Below are positions 24,301 to 36,906 of a stretch of DNA of 64,000 bases, one piece after another. The DNA comes from Nemertoderma westbladi (Eukaryota; Animalia; Xenacoelomorpha), in contig JAUCBJ010008710.1 of assembly GCA_032718475.1 (NCBI GenBank), forward strand, positions 1 through 64,000. The letters run 5' to 3'. The notes under the pieces were generated by a model, which worked only from the letters and a program-made list of their open reading frames with translations, was not told the origin of the DNA and searched no databases. The translations under genes and the position numbers were made by a program. Position 1 is the stretch's first letter. Each line of letters begins with the position of its first letter.

Positions 24301-24351
24301 ACCAAATGCTGGCAGACTACTGTCAAGCCTAAATAAACCACAGTATATGCA
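21336..24351 (-). mobile_element. BEL/Pao family B fragment (5' UTR plus disrupted 5' gag)
   Basis: ORFs 22289-23038 (MSDTKQTLSDSLLE) and 21469-22131 (DAIDIYLSDYQRF) are homologous to 61679 onward; 23039-24351 is an inverted homolog of ~60270-61678. Confidence 0.88.
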
Positions 24352-27300
24352 ATCTCACGCCACAGGCCAGTGGATGCGGTCTTTAAGGTCTTCTTTGACT
24401 AATACCATGTCGCCAATTGCGACGTTCCGGTATGTATTATTCCACTTCCTCCTTGTCCGGAGGGTTATGAGGTACTCCTGGGCCCAGATTCTCCACCAAT
24501 GCGCCGCCAGCACTTGGGCCTTCGTCCAGTTGGTGTGTCTTGTAATATCATTGGGGTCTGGGAACATTGCCTCCGGAAGAATGATGGTCTTGGGTCTTCC
24601 GAGGAGATGGTTGGGTGTAAGGGGTTCTAGATCGGTTGGGTCATCATGGATGGGAACGATTGGCAGGTTGTTTAAGGTGGCCGTAATTTTGCAGAATGTA
24701 GTGCGAAGTGTGTCGTGAGTGACCCTTGTATCCCCCAACGCAATCCGCATGGATCATTTCACCAAGTCGATAAGTTTCTCCCATACCCCGCTCATATGGG
24801 GTGCTAAGGGCGTCTGGAAGTGCCACTGTATGTGGTGTTCCTTCCAAACTTGGGATGCGGTTTCGTCGGTAAACCATCCCTCTATAGCCTCTCTGAGTTC
24901 CCTTTCTCCTCCCAAAAAGTTCGTTCCGTTATCTGAATACATATGCCGGCATGACCCGTTGTTCGCCACAAACCGACGCAGGGCGTTGATGAAGGCGTGC
25001 TGTGTGAGGTTTACTACGAGGTCCAGGTAAATCGCCCTTGACCTGAGGCATGTAAAGATGGCTCCCCAGCATTTAATGTTGGATCGTCACTCGATAACTG
25101 TAAATGGTCCAAAACAGTCTACGCCGGTTACGTAGAATGGCGGTGAATCGGATTGTAGCCACGTGGCCGGCAGGTCGGCCATTCTTTGAGTGAGCCATGG
25201 CGCTAGGTATTGCCTGCAAGGGAAACACTGTTTCAATACTTTCCGGATCAGTGGCTGGATGTGGGTGATCCAATATCGTTGCTGGATGTTGGCCATGATC
25301 CAGTTTTGGCCCGCGTGATGGTTTTCCTCATGACATTGCTGGATTAACTGCTTGGCTAGTGTAGACGTTCCTGGCAGAAGTGCCGGGTATTTGATTTCGT
25401 ACTCGACCAGGGTGTTTGATGTCCGGGTATTAAGGCGAATCAGTCCGTCGTCTCCCATCGTGGGTCTTAACTGGTAGACTGGATGGGCTGTCGGGTTTCA
25501 AAGTCTTACCCGCGCTGAGCTGCTCCCATTCATCAGGGAAACTTTCCTTCTGGACGTATCTCACAATACATTTCTCCATGATAATGAGTTCTTGTATACT
25601 CCGCCGAATTATTGGTTTGTTATCCTTCCACCTCAGGAAATTACGAAGGGTCAAAACATGGTGGATGAGACGTTTCATCAAGGAGGTCCACTCTATAAGG
25701 AGTTGCAAGGATGCGGCTGGTTGCTCGGTGGTCGCAACATTATAGTGCCTGCCCAAGTCCCTTGCAGGCTCAGTCAGACAACTATAAATTTCCATGGTGG
25801 CACTTCCATGGACTTTGCGAATCTCCTTGTTGTCTTCCGAATATTTCCCGCTATCTAGTTTGGGATCGAATCGGGTGCTCCATAGGTTCGTTGTGGTTGC
25901 TTTAGGAACTCCGGACCCGTAAGCCAAAGTTTACTCTTACCGAGCTGCCGTGGAGTGGCGCCTCGCTCGATAAGTCTGCCGGGTTCTCTTTCCCGTTTAC
26001 GTGATACCACTGTTCTCAGTCAGTACACTGTTTTATTTCCGTGGCCTGGTTCGCCACGAACGTGGTGTGTCGTCGTGATGGTGAATGGAGGTTATAGAGC
26101 ACGATGCTCGAATCGACCCAGAAATGCTGCGATTCGATGGGAATTCTGAGGTTTCGCATGATCATGCAGTTTTATCTTACAGCCCAGACTGCGGCCTGCA
26201 GCTCGAGCCTCGGGATGGTCGCCATAAATTCCCCAGATACCGTCTTTGCTTTGGAGAATAAGAAACTAATATCACCGTTTCCATCTTGACTTAATCTCCG
26301 TATATATGTAACCACACCGATTCCGGTATTCGAGGCATCTGAGAAGGAATGGAGCTGGAATATATCGGTGGGCAGCTTGTTGAGGAAAAACGGTCGAGGA
26401 ATCCGCATGAGGTGGAGCTGTTCGAGTTGCTCCGTCTACTCGATCTAGCTGTATAAGGGTGCGTATTTGGATGATTGTCGGAATCGCACTCTGAGATCGG
26501 TATGCACCAGAGCATTTTTAATAGTTAGTTTGACCTTTTCATAACCTTCCATAACTCCTTCAACCCTGAGTTGTACCTCCCCAGACTCCACTTCCTTATG
26601 GTCCGTTATAGTCTGTATGGGTTGCTTGAGAGGTTCGTATTCCAAGCCCAGCTGTCCCAGAAAATCCCTGTCGATTATAGTTCCGTCTGACCCATTATCA
26701 AGGAACGCGAGTGTGGTTGGGGACTTCCCGATGCCTTGGATCCTTACCGGTATTAGTTTGGCGAAAACCATATAATGTCGGTTTATCAGGTTGACTGAAG
26801 CTGATATGCTGGTCACATGTGATACATCAGCGGTGGTCTTGAACGGGTTTGTTTCTTTCCGCTGGATGGTCCGGGGACCCTTTGAGACGTGGTTCATTTC
26901 CCCTCTCCACTTGGACTCAATACGGAACGGTAGCGTAGTGAAGTCGAAGTTTGCAGGAATGTGGAGGAGTGTATAATGTCGTATATCGTTGCAGACTGCA
27001 CAACATGACCTCTGTTCACAATCCCGCACATAATGGCCTGTACCCCGACACCGGAAGCATCCTCAGTGTTTCATGATTTCCTCAAAGCGCGGAACTAGTT
27101 CGGCGAACTGGAATTTTCTGCAGAATTCCACTTTGTGTTTCTCTCCGCAGAAGAGACATAGAAGGGACGTTGTGGTGCCTTCCCTCTCGGGTGCCCAGTT
27201 CGCCAGATAGCATGCCCATTCCTCTGCTGATGTCGGTTCCTCATTATCTTCGTCGTCCGAATCCTCAGCCATGGTGATGGCCATCATACTCACCGGAGGA

Positions 27301-27992
27301 GGGCGGAATCTCGGCTTTCGAGTGGGTGCCCTGCTCCGAGAGGTGTTCTCTATTCCATCTAACTTGGAGAGACTTTGTTTGGAGAACATGGAACCATTCA
27401 TGGCCTCAGAGATATTATCTAGGAATGCCGACATTTCGAAGAAACTAGGATCCCGATCCGGGTGTCTGCATCTGAGATCCACACATTTATATGCCCATTT
27501 ACTTTGTAACCATCCGGGGAGTTTCCGGGCAATCTGTCAGAGGTTTAAGAAGTTGTTTACTTGTTCCTCTTTATTCAATGGTTTCAAAGTATAATAAGCG
27601 TCCTTCATTGAGTCCGAAAACTCTTGGATTTTCTGTGGGTCGCCTAGGGATCCAGCATCCTGTATCAGTTTTTCAAGTATCTTGTTAATTATGGTCCCAA
27701 TGTTGCCATATCTTTTATCAAGCGTTTTCCATGCATCGCGATATGCCTCGTGGGATCCTCCTTCAATGCACCGAACAATACGGCGTGGTTTGTCACCCAA
27801 ATACTGAGATAAATATACCAGTTTTTGTGCGTCAGTTATGTCCGTTGATCCAATCTGAGCGAAGAGCCCTTTTTTAAACCCGAGGTAGTCAATGGGGTCG
27901 CCCTTGAAGGTACGGATTTCCATCTTAGGCATAGCTAGGCGGTTCTCCAAGGCTCGGATGATGCCGACGTCATCCGAATTTGAATGGCTAGG

Positions 27993-29192
27993 TGTAAAAG
28001 CTTTTGTGGGATATAACTGGCCCTTTTGCTTCGCAATCCAGTTTCCCTCAATGCGCTCAAATACTCTAAAGAAAAACTCCCTAACTCAAAGGATGAAAGC
28101 TACCGGCTGATTGGCTGATTTGCCTAGCGATGGCCTCTTTGTTCTGTTCGATCAACCAACCAGAGCAAGGTCAACCAAGCAGAGTGATTCATCCTGTGTG
28201 TTGGCTAAGGGCTGCAAAAATCCGAATAATTCGGCATTTAGACATTCGTGGAATCTGTGGAATATGGAACTCTGCCAATGAGAGCTTTTCCTTTTTGTGT
28301 TGAAAGCTACCTGCAACAGCTCACAGGGTTCAGTGTATTGGTTTTTCCAGAGCCTAGAAACATCGGCTGTGGAATATTTCTGAATTATTCCAACATTAGA
28401 ACGTCTTTAATTATAAGATCACATAACTGTTACGGCAGGACCAGCACAGGACCGGCACGGTACAAGACACTAAGAACACATAACGGTACGGTACCTGCTG
28501 CTGTATTGCACATTATTTACTGCTATTTACTGTTTGTTATTAATTGTATCAGTGGTTTACATATTGTTATTTGGAGAATAACGATAAACGATCAGAAACC
28601 CCGATCTTCTTGATACACTAAGGTTAGAGAGACCGGTTACATATAGCAATTGCGGCTTATATTATCGTGGTTTGTAGTGAATTGAATGCTATTTTATAGG
28701 CCCTACAAATGTCGGTTGCTATTCTCTTTATATATGATTAAAATCAGTGACTATCGGCAATTCAGTGTGCAGCGGTGTGCAATAGTCTGTATGTGCTTGT
28801 CCGCGTAACAAAGCATCTCCTAAAGAATGCGCCTTATGTGTAACTTATAATCCATTCCGTTGTGTTTAGTGTAAGCCATAGCTCTGTTTATATAGATAGA
28901 GCGCCACGTACTAAAGGAACTGCTAATATTTCCCGAAAGTGAATGATATTTGTCAGGAATTATATTAACGATCAATCGAATAGTACGGTAGGCCTGCACC
29001 GCAAGCAAATTAAAGCATCCGAATCCAGTCTCCCGGGTATATCCAGCGGGTGAATGGTCGCGCATAGACTGGCTTCGGCTAATGTTGGATTTATTTGTGT
29101 CAAATACTTGTCATAGGCTAAAGTCGATTTATAACCTAGAAGACATATAGATTTGGCGGGTTAAACTGCCAAAGGTCTCAAAAGCGCGAACA
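27993..29192 (+). mobile_element. Solo LTR (1200 bp), family B-related, inserted in family C gag
   Basis: TGTAAAAG...GCGCGAACA termini; 5-bp TSD CTAGG at 27988-27992 and 29193-29197; homologous at both ends to 51488-59417. Confidence 0.93.
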
Positions 29193-29589
29193 CTAGGAGG
29201 TCCGTAGTTACTAACGCTCTCTCCCATAGATGATGGGTCAATAAGAGGTGGAGTTTTAATAACAACGCAGTTTCGGATTTTCGGGGTGGACGTGAATGGA
29301 TTAGTTGATTGAGGAGCGGTGTCATGTTCTGAGTCCCTTTCAGGCTCGTACTTGTGAACGCTCGGCGCCGTAGGATTGGATGGGAATAAGGTTCCTCGGT
29401 CTTAAGCGTAACCGGTGGGGGGTGGAACACCAGTGCTTGTGCCGAGAGTGTGGACCGTATGACCGGCGGGAACTCGGGTTTCGGAGGTTTCACTGCCGGT
29501 GGTGTAAATGACATTTCTAATTCCGGGACCGGGATTGGTTCATAGTCCTGTTCTATACCCCTTTCCCAGTCCTCGTACAGTTGAAGGTC

Positions 29590-30513
29590 TCATTCGATGA
29601 GTGCAGCCTCATAGTGTGCGAGTTTGGCGATATCCGCATTCTTTTTGTGAATAAGAATTGCTTGGGCCTCGGCATTTTGTTTACCCATTTCGGCCTCTTG
29701 TTTACGTATTTCGGCCTGTCGTTTGGCTTCCTGTTTGTGCATTTCGGCCTCTTGTTTATGTCTTTCGGCCTGTTGTTCAGCCTCTTGTTTACGTATTTCG
29801 GCCTGTTGTTCGGCCTCTTGTTTACGTTGTTTGGCCTCCTGTCTACGCATTTCGGCCTGTTGTTCAGCCTCTTGTTTATGTCTTTCCTCCGCCAGTACGT
29901 CCTGTTCGATCTGCAGTTGAACGTATTCGTCTTCCATTCGAGCTTTAAGGGCCAGTGCCCTCTGTTCTCGTAGCTGATCTCGGAGTGGTTGACCCCCTTG
30001 GGAACTACGTGCTGATCCGGATATCTCACTTCTGGCGCTGGAGTGCTGGTGCCTCGAGAATCCAATTCTTTTTCTCGGAACCAATGTCCTGGTACTGGAG
30101 GTCCGCACTGATTCCGCGTCCACCCTTTCAGTCCTTTTGTAGTATTGTTCCTCATAATCTCTCTCGAGGCTGAGGGTCCTCCGATGTTGTTTACGGAATT
30201 CTTCCAAATGTATAGTATGTTCCTCCATTCTGGGGTAGTTTTCCAGATCGGTTGTGGGAATGAGCTCCTGATATGCTTGTATCATTTGTTTGTAATGTTG
30301 GAAGATACTTCGGATTTTTTGTAACTGAGTTTGTATGTCGCTGAGGGGGGTCTCGACTCCCTTTAGTTGTTTCTCGATGTGGTTATAGGCTCGAGTGACC
30401 CCGCCTTTGAGACCAATCAACTGACATGCCATGTTTTTAACGTTTGGGACCTCGTCAGTATCTGAGTCTGTATGGGGTTCCTCCCCATCGGTGTCGTAGA
30501 CGTTATCCTCCAT
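29590..30513 (-). CDS. Family C Gag N-terminal coiled-coil region (307 aa; frame continues past an in-frame TGA into 29514)
   Basis: GLKGGVTRAYNHIE N-terminal helix typical of BEL Gag; 11-aa KQEAEQQAE repeats; same frame as ORF 29161-29514. Confidence 0.75.
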   Translation of the reverse strand: MEDNVYDTDGEEPHTDSDTDEVPNVKNMACQLIGLKGGVTRAYNHIEKQLKGVETPLSDIQTQLQKIRSIFQHYKQMIQAYQELIPTTDLENYPRMEEHTIHLEEFRKQHRRTLSLERDYEEQYYKRTERVDAESVRTSSTRTLVPRKRIGFSRHQHSSARSEISGSARSSQGGQPLRDQLREQRALALKARMEDEYVQLQIEQDVLAEERHKQEAEQQAEMRRQEAKQRKQEAEQQAEIRKQEAEQQAERHKQEAEMHKQEAKRQAEIRKQEAEMGKQNAEAQAILIHKKNADIAKLAHYEAALIE

Positions 30514-30704
30514 TATTCTAACACTTCGTTTATCGCTAAGTATGCGATGTTGTAGAACAGTTCGTCATAAGTTTCGTACTCGGCTTGAACTACCCGAACG
30601 GTAATTCTAAATCGTCCCATGTTAGTACCCTGTACCTCAACTTCGATATGCCAGATTCCTGGCTCAACTTGGATTATATCAATAGGTGTGATCGATACTT
30701 CCAT
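30513..30704 (-). CDS. Small upstream ORF (63 aa) overlapping the gag start via TAATG
   Basis: ATG start, protein-like composition; its TAA shares one base with the gag ATG (GAA TAA TG). Confidence 0.45.
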   Translation of the reverse strand: MEVSITPIDIIQVEPGIWHIEVEVQGTNMGRFRITVRVVQAEYETYDELFYNIAYLAINEVLE

Positions 30705-31220
30705 TCCCTGCTAACGACTCTCTGTTAATGATCTGCCAACTCCGAGTTCTAGACAGTTTGGATTGAGTTTGTAAGTTTATTAAACCACGACTTTGTCTCA
30801 AATCAAATACCAGAGTTTCCTTGTAGTGGGTGCTGGTTTAGCAAGGAGAGAGTTTGAAGAATACTTTACTGTTGAATTCCCAACTTCCACCAGTTGAAGT
30901 TGACCGCGTATTATTCTCAATTTTGTTGCCGTTATTCCCGACCCCAGGGGGGAAAACGCCGATGCTGGTGGCGGAATTTTCAGACCACTCGATTCCGGCC
31001 AGTCTCCGGATATTGGGAGTGGAGAAGGAGTTTATTACCTGAGATGCAGAATTGCGGGTAGAGAAAAAGTTTCATTGGTTGGAAATAATCTTTAATTTAA
31101 CTTGAACTCTGATTGAACTCTGATTGAGAATAATTTGGGCTTCCCCACACCAATATACCAAATATTCACAATAATACACGACACGAATATATAAATTCAG
31201 TACATTATTTAATTACCCAC

Positions 31221-32156
31221 TGTTCGCTTTTAGATTTTAACCTAACTAATGATCCCCATTTTACCTCGGTCCTAGTCCCGGTACCGTAGTGTCAGTGTCA
31301 GTCGACCCTGTTGCGTGTCCGTCCCACCCTTCCCAAACCCCGAAGAGATTGGTCATCAGGATAGCGGTATGGCTTAGCTAGGGGTCTGTCAGTTCATCGC
31401 AGGGTCCCCCAACCACCTAAGCTTTCCGAATCCTTTTCAGGCTCGTAGTCGCATCGGTAGCCGAGAAGCTGCTCCGAGTAGTCGGTAGGCCAGTAGATTC
31501 CAGTGCTCTGTCTTTCGACCCCGTTGCGTGTCCGTCCCACCCTTCCCGTCCTTACCTTACCCATCCGGTCATCAGGAAAGCGATACGGCTTGGCTAGTGG
31601 TCTGTCGGCTCGTTGTGAGTCCCAACTGTCACAGCTTTCCGAATCCTTTTGAGGCTCATACTAACGCCAGTCGTGGAACCCATGCCAGGAAGTCAGTCCT
31701 CGTCGAACTCTTCCCTCGTCCGGTCAGTCGATCCTTCGCAAGGCCCTGGCGCAGTCAGCAAGCTTTCCGAATTTTTTTCAGGCTTGTAATCGCTGCCGGT
31801 GGCCAGGGACCACTAAGGTCGCAAATCCCTGGCGCAATCAGCAAGCTTTCCTAATCCTTTTCAGGCTCATAATTGCTGCTGGTGGCCAGGAACTGCTAAG
31901 GGCAGTCCTTGTCCCCAGACCTAGCGGGTTACCAACTACTGAAGTAGAAGGAGGTTGTCTAGGCCTAAATAAGTATCAGGCAACCCTGTCACCTAAAGTA
32001 TCGCTTGATTTTGCCTCCCACCCTTGGCCCTTAAATATCTGATATGAGTCCCGTGCCCCTAAGTCGCCCCAATATTCGCCCATAAATCGCCCCCAGTCTA
32101 TTGAATATGCCCAAATTTTATGTTCCCGCACCCAGTACTGTTATTGGAATATAACA
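31221..32156 (-). repeat. Putative 5' LTR of family C with internal repeats
   Basis: Minus strand TGTTATA...GCGAACA termini upstream of gag; four copies of AGCTTTCCGAATCCTTTTCAGGCTC-like motif. No second LTR or TSD to confirm the boundaries. Confidence 0.45.
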
Positions 32157-32366
32157 AATAACAAATAAATCCAAAAAATATTTAACTCGCGTTATGGCAA
32201 ATTGAAATACCGCGAACAATAAAGTCTTTCATTTGTGCAGATCCACTAATACACCAGGTTATAGAGCATTAATGGATGCATGCGTACACTTATGACATTG
32301 TAGACCCTCTGATAGAAAGTAGAAAACCGTCGTATTATAAACAAACCGTTAAGTGCAACTAAATTT

Positions 32367-32620
32367 GTGACATATCGCAGCGAAATAAATGTGCAATTAG
32401 TACCACACCCGTTGTATACAACCATGAAACCTTTTGTACCGGATTATTTACGAAATGGTTTTACGCGTTTACGGGTAATGTCTCACAATCTAAGAATTGA
32501 AACGGGGAGGTGGTCGAAAATTAGCAGAGAAAATCGTGTTTTTATTTGTGATGGCTTAACAGTTCAAACAGAAACACATCTATTAATTAAATTGCCTGTA
32601 CTTAGTAGAACTACTGTATT
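32367..32620 (+). pseudogene. 3' fragment of a non-LTR retrotransposon ORF2 (L2/Crack/RTEX-like C-terminus)
   Basis: FTRLRVMSHNLRIETGRW...RENR..C...TETHLL resembles the SHxLxIETGR plus Cys/His C-terminal motif; interrupted at a TTAA. Confidence 0.7.
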
Positions 32621-32959
32621 TTAACCCTATTAAACCTGGGTGGGGGGGGGTCAATATGACCATTCCCGTGGTTTTTCTGTTATAACTCTGAAACAAACGC
32701 AGCGGGGAATCTGAAATTTTATGACTTTTCTTAAAAATCTATTGTCTTCCTAATAGTGCAAACAGTTTTCAAAAATATTGGGAAGTTTTCGAGTTATAAC
32801 ACCATTTATTAGCCCTACTTTTGACACTTTTTTGAGGCGTTTTTTGAAAATTACATTATTCATTAAATATAGTTAATATAATTCATCATCTATTTTTTAT
32901 TTAAACCGGTTTTCTGGTGATTGCAATTAGATGGAATTCTTCTAAATAAATTTAGAAAT

Positions 32960-33660
32960 TTCAAACCTCTTTTTTTCGAAGGGTTCCAAAATTGGTGCCA
33001 GCACCAAATTTTGAAATTTATCAATTTCGTAAATTGATTGTATGAACCTGTTTTTTGCGTAATATGGGTTTGTTGGGGCTCTGATTTCGATGGAATATAT
33101 ACGAGTTGCACCAGGAGTATCAATCTTGCATTTTTTGGCGCGGTGTGCAAAATTTGGTGCCAGCACGAAATTTTGAAAATTCATTCAATAGTTAAATTGA
33201 TTGTTAAAACTTATTTCTCGTGTTTTAGAGGTTTATGGCGGTTCTGAATTCAATGAAATAAATAATTATCTAACTATACATCTCAAACATGTATTTTTCG
33301 GAACTGGGTGGAAAATTTGGTACTAGCTCCAAGTTATGAAAACCACCAAATATATCAATTGATTGTATCGTTTGTAATTGTTTGTAAAGGTTCTGAATTC
33401 AATGGAATATGTAAAAATTCCATAAGAGATTCCAAACCTGTATTATTCGCCGGTGGTGAAAATTGTTGTGCCAGCACCAAATTTTTGAAAATAAGCAAAT
33501 TGATCAATAGATAGTATCATCTTGTTTCTTGCGTTATACGATTTTATGAGGGTCTTGAATCCGATGGAATCAATAAAAACCGCACTGGACATCTCAAACT
33601 TGTACTTTTTGGTGATGGGTACGAAATTTGGTGCTAGCACCAAAATTTGCCATATTACGC
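32960..33660. repeat. Diverged ~160-bp tandem repeat (about 5 units)
   Basis: Palindromic core AAATTTGGTGC(C/T)AGCACCAAATTT recurring near 32990, 33150, 33313, 33460 and 33625. Confidence 0.8.
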
Positions 33661-34426
33661 CGAAAATACAATTAGAAGTGCTCTAGCAGATTAGATTTGT
33701 AAGATTCGATTATTATATTAAAATTATTTTTTAGTTTATTACTGGAGGGTTTAAGAACACAAATTTCACATAATATATTCATTTAAATTTGTACATAATA
33801 CTTAATGATAATAATAATTAAAAAAACATAATGACTCTATGTCATTTACATAGGTAGGAATTTATTCACGGTGTTATTATTTGATTATAATGTGTTTATT
33901 ATGTGTTATTATTTGATTATTTGTCAACGGCCCCAAATTCGGTCACTAACTTTTGTAACTCGACATACTTAATTAACAAATTTGTGTTACATTCGAATAT
34001 AAAAAGGCAGAAAACTATAAAGATATATATAGAACTATAAGGCATACGTCATATTCAAATATTATATAAATTGGATAATATGTTTAATGTAATACGTCGG
34101 TATACGTCGAATAATATTGGCAGTGAATAATATAATTTCACAGCTACTCTCTATTTAATGTAACAACTACGGAGTCATTGAGTATACCTGGTTGTTTAAA
34201 CCTGGCCGCTGCATCACAATATTATGTAGTGCGATTGTAATTAATGTGTAATTAATTAAAGTGTAATTAATTAAATTACCAAAATGTATTGTTTGTTTTA
34301 ACAATGACAATGATATTGTATTAAAGTAATTATTTATCATACATGATAAAAAATAAATGCTTACGGTATATAAAAAAAAGTATATTTATTAATATAGACA
34401 CATGACGTGTACGGATATAAGGTGAT

Positions 34427-34590
34427 TCGCTGTTGGAGTACAGGGTGTCTGTTTCTTATGGGGTAAACCGTCGCTGTTGGAGTACAGGGTGTCTGTTTCT
34501 TATGGGGTAAACCGTCGCTGTTGGAGTACAGGGTGTCCGTTTCTTTTGGAGTATCCGTCGGTGTTGGAGTACAGGGTGCACGTTTCTTAT
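34427..34590. repeat. ~44-bp minisatellite (about 4 units)
   Basis: TCGCTGTTGGAGTACAGGGTGTCTGTTTCTTATGGGGTAAACCG repeated. Confidence 0.9.
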
Positions 34591-36371
34591 TTTTTTTGTG
34601 AATTGTTACATATATACATAGTAAAGGTGCTGGTTCTTTAAACCGCCCATGTGAGGAATACCAGGATTTCACTTTTCGGTCGACTTTTTATTGGAATTTT
34701 ATATATGAAGATTTTTAATTTTTTTTATTTATCTTTATTAAGTGATTTATAGCGCTTATTTCTGTCTTATAACCTGTACATATACTAATTCGTTTATTGT
34801 TTTGGTTAGATTCAGCCGTTCTGCAACCTTTTTTTGGTGCAAACCTGGTGGTATTCTTCACATGGGGGTAACTTAGTAAACCGTCACTGTGTTGGAATTT
34901 CCATCGCCATAACTTTAATATACATCAGGACAGAATCTTCTTTCTCGTTTTCTTTCTCATTATAAGTAACACTGCGAGGAGAACTCTTTTACTAACTGGA
35001 CAGTCGACACATCGCAGTTTAGTTCGTTAAATATTGATGGTAATTAGATTATGGTGCAGTTAAATTACAGTAAAACATTTCCAATTGTTAGTTCCAACAT
35101 TTGTTTGTTTGTTTGTTGTGTTGTGGCGTATAATTTATTACAACATTAATAATTGCATTTTGTACAGACGGAAGATTGCCCAATGTTTCGTTTTGCGTTG
35201 TTCATATTAGACTGCCCTGCATAGGCACGTAATTTATTACAACAATATTGATAGCAATGGATCCGTCCATATTGCCAGCTCTCGGCTGGTAAGCTTGTTT
35301 TGAATTGTGTCAATTTTGTTGATTTTTTTCAATTTTGGACGTATCCCTGTGTGCCGCATAGTTAGTCAAATTATTTTTTGCAAGTGTAATAATACAAGAA
35401 ATTATATTTTGTACATTTAATTTGTGATTTGTAATAACTATCTAAAGCAATTTGTAATTTGTAAAAATTGGTGATATGTAATTGTGAGTTTGTGAAATTG
35501 TGATTTCGTCAATAAACATATATATATAGCTAAAGAATGAAAGCAGAAATAAAATTTCTGACTCACTGAGGAGGAGTTGAGTGAAACTATCTCTTTAAGA
35601 TTTCTAGAAAAATTTGGGGGGTGGGCTGGCGCGGATCCACAATAGGGGCGCGTGGCGCCGCGCATAATAGATTTTTTGAGAAAGAAATAAAAAGAGTAAG
35701 ATAATAAATTAATTTTTTTAGAATTACTATTGATAGTTACGCTAAAACATACAAGGGCAATCACTCGCTAACCCCAAACGGAATCCTCATTTATTAACCA
35801 CAACTTCTATCTCCATAACACCATCCCCAAGATAAAATTGATGTAAACCTTCCCAAGGGCGAGGTCCATCATGTAGGCGGGAGGGGGGTATCACCTTGGC
35901 GTAATACAGTAGATCAGCAGTATGGCTTAATGGGCTGGCTATACATTTTATGAACTGTATGCGCGGCCTTTGCTTTACCTACATTATGTGATTATTGGGA
36001 TTGGGTTGGGGTGCGTTATTTGAACTGAAAGACCACTTACAAACAACCTAGGTAATGGTAAAGCATCAACCATGGGACTATTTGTAAATGTCAACGCGGC
36101 AAGAATAACACAAGAAGAGCAACAATATAACCAGCAAGCAGCCCTTATAGCGGCGGGATATCAACCAGAAGCCCTTATAGTGGCGGGAAATCTGAAATCA
36201 AGAGGCGCTTGTAGCGGCAAGTGAAAGAAACTACCCAGTGGGAGCCCTAGAAGTGGCACAAACTGATCAATAATTTGGAATAAATAGGATTAACCAACAA
36301 CCCTATCACGCACCACAGCAAATTTATAATAGGTATGTCTATCAGATAAGGCAATAATGCATATATAAAAT

Positions 36372-36906
36372 ACTAGAAACGCACCGCAAGCGTTGCGGTT
36401 GCGGTAAGGAGCCCTTTTCACAGAGTTATGAAAACCCTGAAATTGGTCTAGTTTTTTTGTATATTTTCGGTTTGTTTACCGTCGATTGGATCAACATTTC
36501 GGAGAGCTTGAGTAGAATTATAACCGGACATCCTGTCGGGTTGTTCCTGCACCTATTTATTAGTATGTATGTGTGTGGATATGTTTGTGGTTCCAATGGA
36601 CTCCAGCCTATTCGAACGTCTCGCAGTATATAAATATATAAACGTAGGTGTAGCGTCGCGCAGCACGAGCAGCTGTTTACTCAAGAATGGTTAACCCGAG
36701 TACTCGTCTTGTGCAGCCCGGAAGGCTCCACGAATATTTACAAAATATTGAAACTTTTCCTCTAGTAGGTCCAAGCAAAATTTGGTTGAAATTAGATAAA
36801 GGATTCAAAAGTTATTAACGATTAAAGTTTTCATTACAGACAGATGGACATGATATTTTGCCCTAGTACTAGTTGTAATTGTGCGCTAGTAGCTTCGCTC
36901 ACTAAT
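36372..36906. mobile_element. Possible non-autonomous Helitron/Helentron-type element
   Basis: ACTAGAAACGCAC with adjacent hairpin CCGCAA-GCG-TTGCGG at the left; imperfect inverted copy GTGCGCTAGT plus AGCTTCGCT at the right, preceded by an ACAG tract. Confidence 0.4.

Larger units (their letters stand above)
24352..32156 (-). mobile_element. Degenerate BEL/Pao element (family C): gag, protease, RNase H and integrase fragments; RT apparently deleted; 3' end truncated
   Basis: Fragments in order: Gag (29590-30513, PKMEIRTFKGDP), zinc knuckles, FLDNGSD protease, then directly LHSFSDAS RNase H at ~26400, GVDCFGP, YSDNGTNF, WAQEYL. Many stops and frameshifts. Upper boundary inferred. Confidence 0.85.
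32625..35300 (-). mobile_element. Probable piggyBac-like relic (one terminus, internal satellites, eroded transposase traces)
   Basis: TTAA|CCCTATTAAACC-G-run terminus at 32621-32650; minus-strand traces YAGQ and RKTKHW near 35180-35250. Other terminus not found; extent uncertain. Confidence 0.35.

Noticed and set aside
31135-31156. TGG-starting tRNA PBS for family C (minus strand TGGTGTGGGGAAGCCC)
   Set aside because: Does not fit the complement of a tRNA T-stem and is not adjacent to a CA LTR end.
31418-31870. Hammerhead ribozyme-like motif (minus strand CTGAAAA-GGATTCG-GAAA)
   Set aside because: Lacks the conserved CUGANGA core and a pairable stem II; kept only as a repeat.
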